A stretch of DNA of 64,000 nucleotides. Source: Marsupella aquatica. Lineage: Eukaryota > Plantae > Marchantiophyta. Under the pieces are notes generated by a model that saw nothing but the letters and a program-made list of their open reading frames with translations, was not told the DNA's origin and made no database searches. Made by a program: the position numbers and the translations under genes. Below are positions 51,214-60,539 of this stretch, piece after piece. The stretch spans positions 16,565,938 to 16,629,937 of the forward strand of contig OZ316897.1 in NCBI GenBank assembly GCA_973895155.1, read 5' to 3'. How positions within the stretch are numbered: position 1 is the stretch's first letter; the number at the start of each line of letters is the position of its first letter.

Positions 51214-53271
51214 AAAGGCCACCTCACAAGCTATGGGGCCAACTTGTTGCTTTTGCGTAATGTCCTTCACAGGAGTCACATCCTTTGACACGGCTTTCTC
51301 GGCGTGGTGGGGGTACTTGGTGCATGTTGGCTAAGCCACATTTAATTTGTTTGTCTCTTTTGGGCCCTGTTGAAGGTCACTGCGCGCGAACTGCTCTCAC
51401 TTGGTCACTTTTGGATTCTCTCATCATTCTTTCCAAACACTTAGATGATTTTGAATCCCACATTTGGAGGTGAGGCGCACCAGCTCCACCAAACCATTCT
51501 CGACAATTTTGCATCCCATTGCGCATCACATTTGATTAGCCCAAATCCCACTACTGACGATCCTGGAGGTTGGAGGGAGGCACGCGCGGTCGGAGAGTGC
51601 AAGACTTGGTGCGCAATTTGGTGGCCGAATTCAGGGGATTGATTCGAGGCGGGGGTGAATAACTTCTGCTCCTTTTCCAATTTCTTGGTCACCTTTGTCA
51701 TTCAATGTTGAAGCTAAATCTGTAGGTTAAACCACGCTCCTTTACTTCGGTGGATTGTTGATTTGTATGTGTACTCAGGACTAAGTTACGGTGGGTGTTG
51801 TGCCTCTTGACCTTGATGGACTTTCAAAAGATAGAGGCGCCGCAGGTTAGAGATGTACCTGTAGTTATTGGGGGTGCCACACCTGCTGTTTCAATAGAGA
51901 ACCCTGCATGTCAAGTCGGAAGAGCGAGAAGAGTGTGCAGGATTGGGATCCTCCTGAATTCCAGAGAGACCCGACATATTTTGCTGTCACCTTTGGACTC
52001 CCCAATGTCGGTGAAAATCCTTATAAGATAAGTGATGTTAGTGAACAAGATTTGAGTACATGTTTGGAGAGAAAATGCGTAGTGGTTATAGATTAAATAG
52101 CTCAGTTGGCATCCCCATTGCAGACTTGTTGCATCTATCCCAAGTTGTTGATGGCTATGATAAACTGGTCAATGGACTTCTGGCTCATACCTTTGTGAAA
52201 GGCGCTTATGTTGAACGTGTTCTTGGCTGAAAAGTCAATTGGGCCGCATATGCATCGTCGAAGCTAAGGGGCAGATAATCCAGTGGGAGAGAGAGGGAAA
52301 GGGTAGGCCAGATGGGCCTCCATGTGTTGGGAAGCCCCGTCTTTACAAGAGTCCTGTGTCAATAGAGACTGCCCCGTAGTCTAAGAGCAAACCAAAATCA
52401 GCAGATGCCTCCAAGGAGTTTGAATTGTCTCTTTGGGATCATGTAGCCAATGATAAGACTCCGGGGGTTGGATTGGTCAGTGAGGAACTTACCACCCTGT
52501 GTAAGGCTATTCACTACAACACTATCGGCCGGTTTTGCGAAGACAATCTCATCGCAGCTAACAAGCCCCTGATTTTCATCATTCTGGCCATTGCGAACAC
52601 ACGCGCATCGCACCAACTTCGCACTTTGCGAACCTAATAACTTTGCACGCGGACCATCGCAACGGCATCGCAACACCATGGCAAACTGAGAAGCTGAGAG
52701 GTTCGCAAGATTCAATACTTGTGCGATCCATTATACGTCGCATAAGGTTCGCAAACATACACGCACACGTCCCACGCTGGCGTCGATATTTGAGAAGGAT
52801 TTACCATCGCATCATATTTGCAAAAGATACTGGTTCAATTGTTTTCATGGGGATTGTATGACAAAGAGCGATACCGGTGATTTCAGAAGTTTGTGAACGG
52901 TTTCGATTAGGAAAGTGCGATCCTAGAAGTATCGCAAAAACCCGACATATTTGGATGTGAAGTTTTGAAGTGAATTGACTCAAAAAGTGCGATGCCTTGG
53001 GGTTTATATTGTGCGATGGGAATGAGTTCTTAAAGGGTTTGCAAAATTATGATCACAGAGGATTCAATACATTATTTGCGAGGGGTTTTCCTTGGGACCC
53101 AATGTGGAAGGCAAAATTGTTGTTTTATAAAATGGAAAAGCATGAACAAAATGATAGGGCTTCAAAGAACCCTATACATGGACAAGAGGGGGGAAATATC
53201 TGATGCTAGGTCCGCCCTTCTAAACCTATGCTGCCTCTTCCTACCCTAAGCTCCGGCATGACAAGTCACTC

Positions 53272-55400
53272 TCATGCATGTATCTCTACAAAATAACTAG
53301 AATGGGCTCTTGCGGCTCCTCTTGGTTGGCTTCTTGGTTGGCTTCTTGCCCTGATCCTTCCGGGGATCCTGTTGGTGATGGGTGCATGATGGCCGTCGGC
53401 GCTCCTGCTCCTACTGCTCCTCTGGCTCCTCCTGCCCCTCCTGCTCCTCCTCATCCTCAGGGTCCTCCTCCTCCCCCTGGTCATCAACGTGTGCTGATGA
53501 CACACAACTACCACCACTACCACGGTGGGAAGAACCTACCTCACGACTACTCCCCCCCCGAGCACCACTAGTACCAGGAGTAGCCCCCTCATCGTCATCA
53601 CTACTGCTCACATCAGCACCCGACCCCTCAGGCTCATCCGAATCCTGCATCCATTACATATCATTAGTTTCCGCAAGACATAAAGGGTCACTCACAATGT
53701 TCGCATGCTAATCATATGGTTCACACTTAGACACTTACAGTAGCCAACTCGGCATCTACCATCGCAAAGAGGTACTTTTGTCCATGCTCTATCGCCACCT
53801 CAATATGCTTTTTTGATATCTTCCTTTTGTACCTCCGATACTGCCATGCATAAAACCAATTAAAATTGGTTAAATTTTCCCTTAAGCATACCCTATATAT
53901 AGCCACAAGTGACGCCTAAATCCTCAACTACTAAACACGACCCAAAAAAAATTTAAAATTCAAATTTGCGAACCTATAAGCATGGCAACTTGCGAACCAC
54001 ATTTTTTGCGAAGGCGTTGCGATGGAGTTTGCGATGCGAATTTGTTCGCAAAGGCATCGGAAAATTGAAATGGAAAAAGTCCATGATAGACTTTGCGAGG
54101 GGTTTGCAAACAAATGCGCATTGCAACACCTTCGCAAACTATGTTCCCAAGAGTTTTTAAAAATTTGCCAAAAATTCTAAGTGTCAGAGTTGCCCTAAAC
54201 TAGTAACCAAGCAAGCATGCACAACAGCAAGAACATTCGGGGATGTCATTCACTTGCATTGCACAACTCTGAAAGGAATAGAGAGGTTAGGGAGGAGCAA
54301 GAGGCACTCACAAAGTGTGACTTGAGGCCGGGGAGCCCGCCTTGACCCAACTTGTGGACTGGATTGGGGGTGGATTTCACTCGTTTGGCTGCATCTGTGA
54401 AACGCTTGGGTGGCTTTCCCTCCTGGTTGGCCACCTTCTGCATCTCAGCTACCTTCCGCTCAAGTGGCTTCAGGTCATGGTCAGGGGGAGCTTCCCGGCC
54501 TCCTTTGCTTTCAAGGCTCGATCTAGATTGGCCTTCCACTCTTCCAACTCATGAGTTGCCTTAATTTGCACCTCAATCTTGTAAAATGAATTCCAGATGT
54601 CCTCGGTGAAGTGGAGGGGTCTGCGCAAGTTCCTGTATGATCTCAAGTCTTTCAGGTGGGCTCTAATCTTCATCCTGTCATGGTATCGCATTTGAGACAT
54701 AGAATTTGAAATCTTATCTACCAACCATTGCTCATCTATGTCAGGCCCATTGCGAAATGCATCCTTGATTTGGTTGATGACCCTCTTTCGCTCTGCCTTC
54801 TCAATCTTCCCCCACTGCATGCCTCGTGAGAAATTGCTTGTGATAATCTGCTTGATTGTGCTCTTAGCCCCTGCATACGCTAGCTCAGTTGGAGTCCCAC
54901 TCGTCTCCAAGGCAATGAATGGAAGTTTTCTTCTTGCTTCCTCTTTCTGACGTTGCTCCTCCCTCTATTTTTGAATTGAATCTCTCTCCTCTCTTCTCTT
55001 ATGCTTCTCTAGGGCTTGAGAAGAGGCAACTCCCGACTTAGTTCTTTCCTCTCTCTTCCTTTTTTTCTCTCTAGCCTTCTCTTCAGCTGCGGCCCTCTCC
55101 TCCCCCTCTCTAGTAGCTTGTCCTGCTACAATCCCAGTTTGCAAAACTTGTCCAAGAATGGCACTCAAAGAGGCAAGCCTTGTTGGAGAATTGAGATTCA
55201 CTTCTCCCAATGTGCAGCACTGAGATGTTGGGCCACTAAGTCTGCCCAGGCATTCTTCTCTTTCTCTGGATTTCCCCCATTGCCACTACCACTACCACGA
55301 CCACCTTGCCCTCCACTCCCCTCACCGGTAGCCATAGCTCCCCTCTCTCACAGTCTCCCTCGTACTGTCGCGCGCGCCCCGGCCCTTCTCGTCTTGCTCA
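53272..55400 (-). pseudogene. Multi-exon TnpA/Ptta (Transposase_24)-like gene
   Basis: QWGKIEKAERKRVINQIKDAF...SMSQMRYHDRMKIRAHLKD...RRPLHFTEDIWNSF...NPVHKLGQGG (HxxGxxG), GT donor near 54310, small exon RYKRKISKKHIEVAIEHGQKYLF (~53740-53845), acidic last exon. One in-frame TAG and one frameshift seen. Confidence 0.7.
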
Positions 55401-55789
55401 AAAACTGAAATGAGCCCGAATGCGAGCTCCCGCCGATGTTTACGTCGTTCAAAAATGGGTTTGCAATGACATACGCATGGGAAACTGCAAAGCCCGTGCC
55501 CTCGCAAATAGTCTCGCAACTTGCGAGGCACTTCCGAATCTATTCCCTTCACAAGACCATCGCAACCCGCAGAAGACCCAAAAAATTGTTCTCGGCCTCT
55601 GTTTTTGCGAAGTAAGTGCGAAGGCCGTAGGTTCGCAAAAATATTCTCTAACTTGTGAAATAATTTGCGAGGCAGGTCTGATCGGTTTAGGGTTGGAAAA
55701 CACTTTGGGGTGTCAAACGGCTATTAAGGTTTGTCAAACGACATTTAAGGTATGTTAAGTGCCCATAAGTTAACATGGAAGGGGTGTCA

Positions 55790-56650
55790 ATGGATGTTTG
55801 GGTTGTAAGGATAACTAGAATATAAGTTAACAAAGTTTTGGGTTTAATTAAAGGTTAGGTTTATATTTTGTTTTAATGTAGGAGTATTTGGTTTAATGAA
55901 GGGGGTTAAAACTTGGGTTAGGTTGGAATAAAAGGGTTGGGTTTAAATTAATGGGTTTGGCTTAGGGTTTAAATTAATGGGTTTGGCTTAGGGTTCAAGG
56001 TAGAGGTTTGCATTAGGTTGTGAGTAATTACAGGGGTTGGGTTTGGTTTTAGTTGAGGGGTTGAATTGTGGTTATTTTTTAAAGGGATTGGGTTTGGTTT
56101 TTAGTTGGGGGGTTTAATTGTGGTTTTTTTAAAGGGGTTGGGTTTCTAATGTAAGTGTTTGGGTTGGGGTGTAACATGATATAGGGTTGGATTTGGTTCT
56201 AATTGAGGGGGTACAATTTTTGCTTAAGTTTTTAAAAAGGGCCTCAATGTAGGGGTTAGGGTGAAGTTTAGAATAACTATAGGGGTGGGGGTTGGCCTAT
56301 ATAGGTAAAGTAAGGTGTAGATAGGGTAAGGGTTTTATATGTAATTGGGGGATTTGGGTTGGGTTTAGGGTAAAGGTTTGAATTTTTAATGAGGGATTTG
56401 GGTATTGGTTAGGATAAGGGTAAGGGTTTAGGGTGCTTGAGGGATTTGGGTTAGGTTTTAATGAAGGGTTTCATTTCATGGTTTGGGTTTAGGGTAGGGG
56501 TTTGGGTTTAGGGTAAAGGTTTGAATTTTTAATGAGGGATTTGGGTATTGGTTAGGATAAGGGTAAGGGTTTAGGGTGATTGAGGGATTTGGGTTAGGTT
56601 TTAATGAAGGTTTCATTTCATGGTTTGGGTTTAGGGTAGGGTTTGGGTTA
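55790..56650. repeat. G/T-rich spacer with telomere-like (T)TTAGGG motifs and a ~143-bp tandem duplication (~56359-56645)
   Basis: Almost C-free plus strand; many gggtttagggt / ttagggtt units. Confidence 0.85.
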
Positions 56651-57085
56651 CTTATATTTCTTTCTCTATCTCATTAACATGGAGTGGAAAACTCTTTGGT
56701 GTTGTAGGGCACTTCCCCATGTTTTTTAAAGTTTTGGCTAATGCATGATCATGCCTTGCGAGAGCCCGGGCATTTGAAAGGTATTAACGTTTTCTCATGC
56801 ATTTCTAGTCATTGCTGTAAATATGGAGGGTTACAATCTATCATCCTTTTTTTCTGGTTCACCATAAGGCATGGCTTAATTCATTGTATATTGGCAGATT
56901 TTCCCCTCCTTCTTCCAGATTTGGTTCATGAAATTTGAGCCACAAGATCCGTCAAGGCATTGCTAAGCCCGGGTCTCATAAAGGTATTTTTCTGTCAATT
57001 CTTTTTAATATGTTTAGGTAGGGATTATCAATGATGGTTTTGGTGAAGTTTTTACTAATCGCCTTCCAATTGCTATACTTGTCAG

Positions 57086-57319
57086 ATGTCTTCATCCTCT
57101 ACAACTTCCACCACATCAGATTCCTCTTCCGATGAAGAAAGTCGTCCTCCTCCTCAGCCTGAACCAACCGTACGTCGACCTAGTGGTCCACCACGCCAAC
57201 TTTGTGGTTGTAAAAAATGTGTGGGGATGGTTGTCCAAAAGTCATATGTATGTGCGGAGCACATTGCTCGATATGGCCAACATCGAGGTCTTACACCGGG
57301 AGCTTCTTCATCCCGTATG
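57086..57319 (+). CDS. Shared exon 1: Ser/acidic leader + transposase-associated Zn-binding domain (78 aa)
   Basis: LCGCKKCVGMVVQKSYVCAEHIARYG fits the CxCxxC...H...G pattern at CACTA transposase N-termini; ends at consensus donor ATG|GTGAGT (phase 0). Confidence 0.8.
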
Positions 57320-57431
57320 GTGAGTTGTAAACTTATTGTGATTTCCATTTTATTTTGTAAATCTTGCTAGGTAGCATAAAATAAAATTTGGGAGGTTCAT
57401 CACACTCACTTGGTTCCATTTCTTCCTATAG

Positions 57432-58247
57432 GTATCCAGTAGGCCTACACCCACTACACCAACACCCTATGTTCCCTCACAAGGAGTTCTAGATGCTATA
57501 GGCTCGGCACTTTCACAAGCTTTTCGTTTAGTGGCAGCAGGGCAAGGTAGTGTTGGGACAATTCAGGGTGACGGTATTGTTACAAGAGGGAAAAAAAAGT
57601 CAAAAAGACAGCCTAGAGGGGAAGTGGATCAGTACACTTGTAGGGTTGATGGTAGATGGGGCCCTTGTACCTTCACAGGGAAGTGTGTTCCTATCATAAA
57701 GGATTGGAATCCGGAGTGCCTTGGTTTGCCATGTGATATAACCTATGGTGAGGAGATAGAAGTTTGGGGAAGATGTTGGGTTGTCAAGAGTTTGACCCTA
57801 GGGGAGAGGCATGGGTATGGGATTTTCTCTTGTCAGGACATTATTGTGGATGATATGGGTGGAAAAGGGCGCTCTTTGGATGGACCAACGTTGTTCCCGT
57901 ATGGTGGACCCATTTACAAGAGGAGACATTGGAACATGATCCTTGTTCAACACCCTGAGTGGAAGACCTATGCATTGGACATGGATACTTTTGATGGTTG
58001 CACTAGAAAGTATTGTGACCAGCGTATAATTGATGGTGATCCCATCCGTAGTGGGAATATTGCCGGTTTCATCAACAGTACTGTGGGGACCCGGCCTAAG
58101 CGTAGGAAAAACTGTGAATGGGTTTTTGTTGATGGTCCCCCTCCAGCCCCTTATGGGCAGAGATATCATCATGACCATTGTCTAGTTGTAGCTAATAGGA
58201 CCATTCTGGCTGGAGAGGAGTTATTTACACATTATGAATGGGATTAG
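57432..58247 (+). CDS. SET-domain (lysine methyltransferase-like) exon, 271 aa; predicted 349-aa protein with exon 1
   Basis: Acceptor tttcttcctatAG|GTA is in frame with ORF 57531..58247. SET motifs in order: HGYGIFS, YGGPIY, IIDG...GNIAGFINS...NC, VVANRTILAGEELFTHY. No stops or frameshifts. Confidence 0.85.
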   Translation, partial: VSSRPTPTTPTPYVPSQGVLDAIGSALSQAFRLVAAGQGSVGTIQGDGIVTRGKKKSKRQPRGEVDQYTCRVDGRWGPCTFTGKCVPIIKDWNPECLGLPCDITYGEEIEVWGRCWVVKSLTLGERHGYGIFSCQDIIVDDMGGKGRSLDGPTLFPYGGPIYKRRHWNMILVQHPEWKTYALDMDTFDGCTRKYCDQRIIDGDPIRSGNIAGFINSTVGTRPKRRKNCEWVFVDGPPPAPYGQRYHHDHCLVVANRTILAGEELFTHYEWD

Positions 58248-58399
58248 GATTACTTTAGGGACATGTATTATATGTTCATCGTATGTTAACGTATGTTTTG
58301 TAATGACATGTTCTTTTTATATTGTTAATAATATGTTTCGAGCACTACTATATTTGGAGTTAATTTCATTGTGAATGCTTTATTGTATATTGTCTATAG

Positions 58400-59535
58400 A
58401 ATGTGCGGCCTAGTCAAGATATGTTGCCAAGGAGGTTGAGAGCTACATATCAAGAAATGGGCTTGCCACAAGACGGGGAAACATCATCAGCAGATTCCTC
58501 ATCAAGTGACAATGATAATGACAGTCCAGATGAAGGGGCACCTCAGACAGATTATGAGGTCATGCAAGACCAAGAGTCAGTAATGGATGACTTCATGACA
58601 GATTGGTTTGGTGTAGACATTGGTGGTGAAGGAGGTATCCCACCCAATGAAGGAGATCCTCCACCAAATGTTGCACATGATCCAAGGCCTCAACGTACAC
58701 CTAAAGGACAAAAACAATGGGAAGAAGCTGAGGCACATGCTAGAACACCTATTTATGGGGGTGCTCATTTGAATAGACTATCTGTCATCTTGGCATTGAT
58801 GAATCTTCAGGCAAAACACAAGGCAAGCAATGCGCTACTATCGGATTTGTTTGCAATTTGCCATGATCTCTTGTTACCCAGTGAAAATGTGTTGCCAGGA
58901 ACTTGGAAGAGGCAAAGAGGGTTCTATCATCCATTGGCATGGAATACCATATCATTCATGCTTGTGTGAATGACTGCATTCTCTATCATGAGACCAATGC
59001 CAGCGCAACTGAGTGTCCAATTTGTCAAGAGCCTCGATATGAAACCAACATGTTGACCTCAAAGGTGCCTAGAAAAGTTGTTCGTTGGTTTCCTATTATT
59101 CCTCGATTGTTGCACATGTACCAATGTTTTGACTTGGCAGAATTGATGGTATGGCATAAGACACATCGATCAGAGGCCGGTGTCATGCGGTTGCCAGTTG
59201 ATTCCCCTGCTCACAAGCATGTGGAGTCACAATGGCCAGAGTTTGCACGTGACCCTCGTCATGTGAGGTTGGGGTTGGCATCAGATGGGGTGAGCCCACA
59301 CTCCCTTGGAGGGAAAGGGCGCCCTACTTCGGTTTGGCCGGTGGTTGTTATGAATTACAACCTTCCCCCATGGTTGTCCATGAAAAAGGGATTCTTATTG
59401 CTATCATTGATTATCCCAGGTCCATCTAAGGTAAAAAACATGGACACCTACTTGGCGCTCTTGGTTGGGGAACTCCATAAATTATGGGGGGGTGTATGGG
59501 CATATGATGGTCGGATAACTACAGGAGGGTTACCA
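58400..59535 (+). pseudogene. CACTA TnpD/Tnp2 transposase exon, one frameshift at ~58905, cut by insertion at 59536
   Basis: Acceptor tgtctatAG|AAT (phase 0). LLLPSENVLPGTW / EAKRVLSSIGMEYHIIHACVNDCILY, CPIC, KVVRWFPIIPRL, DPRHVRLGLASDGVSP, SVWPVVVMNYNLPPW, SLIIPGP. Confidence 0.93.
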
Positions 59536-59937
59536 CACTAGAAGAAAATAGGGCCCTTTATGACCAATCACCCAATGACGGAGATGAATAAATGACCAAA
59601 ATTTCTAATGACACAAAAAGAATGACAAGAGAATGACTGTCCAAAATGACCAATAGACTGAAATGACAAAATGTTAACTTTTGCGTCATTTTGTATAATG
59701 TTTGTAATGACTGATGCGACCAAAATGACCCAATTTCCCTAAATGGTCAATTTAGACACATGTCTTAAATGACGCAATTAATAACAACAATGATAAATCA
59801 ATGTTTAGCACCATTATAGTCACTCTGGACAATGATTGAAATGACCAAAAATTTATTTGGGTCATTTTGGTCAACGGTGATAAATGACAAAAAATGTATT
59901 TCCGTCATTTTAACCAACGGTGTTAAATGACAAAACA

Positions 59938-60447
59938 TAGGGTCAATCTGAAAATGAGAATATATCAGTGTTTATAATAGCATACTGTCATTATGGACTT
60001 CTTTCATAAATGACTAACTCTAGAGTCAATCTTGAAATTAGGACATATCAGTGTTTACAATAGCATACCGTCATTATGGACTTCTTTCATAAATGACTAA
60101 CTCTAGGGTCAATCTTGAAATTAGGACATATCAGTGTTTACAATAGCATACCGTCATTATGGACTTCTTTCATAAATGACTAACTCTAGGGTCAATCTTG
60201 AAATTAGGACATATCAGTATTTACAAGAATATACTGTCATTAATATGGACTTCTCTCATAAATGACTAACTCCATAGTCAATACTGAAACTAGGATATAT
60301 CAGTGTTGACAACAACATACTGTCATTATGGACTTGTCGCATAAATGACTAAATATAGGGTCAATCTAAAAATCATGATATATCAATGTTTACAATAACA
60401 TACAGTCATTATGGACTTATTGCATAAATGACTACTTATAGAGTCAT
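59938..60447. repeat. 83-bp tandem repeat, ~6 copies
   Basis: tagggtcaatcttgaaattaggacatatcagtgtttacaatagcataccgtcattatggacttctttcataaatgactaactc at 59938, 60021, 60104, 60187, ~60273, 60356. Confidence 0.95.
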
Positions 60448-60539
60448 TAAAGAACCCAAGAGATATGAAGATTAAAATACTCAGTAGTTATTCCATACAT
60501 CGATCATAATTGTAGAGTCATTGATATAGTTGATAACCC

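Larger units (their letters stand above)
52512..59535. mobile_element. CACTA element, family S copy 2 (carries SET-domain exon; interrupted at 59536, right end outside window)
   Basis: CACTACAACAC terminus, dense TTGCGA/TCGCAA subterminal repeats, TnpA-like gene (-), G/T spacer, Tnp2 transposase (+). Confidence 0.9.

Noticed and set aside
52070-52090. GTAGTG as right end of the 18017/18248 CACTA elements
   Set aside because: Adjacent bases do not match either TIR and the following triplet matches neither expected TSD.
51219-52511. Possible decayed coding sequence between family B copy 2 and the 52512 CACTA
   Set aside because: No motif recognised; left unannotated.
55790-56650. True interstitial telomere / chromosome fusion site
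   Set aside because: No run of perfect tandem telomere units; equivalent tract exists in the sister element, so it is TE-internal.
59938-60447. CRISPR-like regular repeats (also 5312-5531 and 23320-23817)
   Set aside because: Units repeat in full with no unique spacers, no cas genes, eukaryotic context; they are minisatellites.
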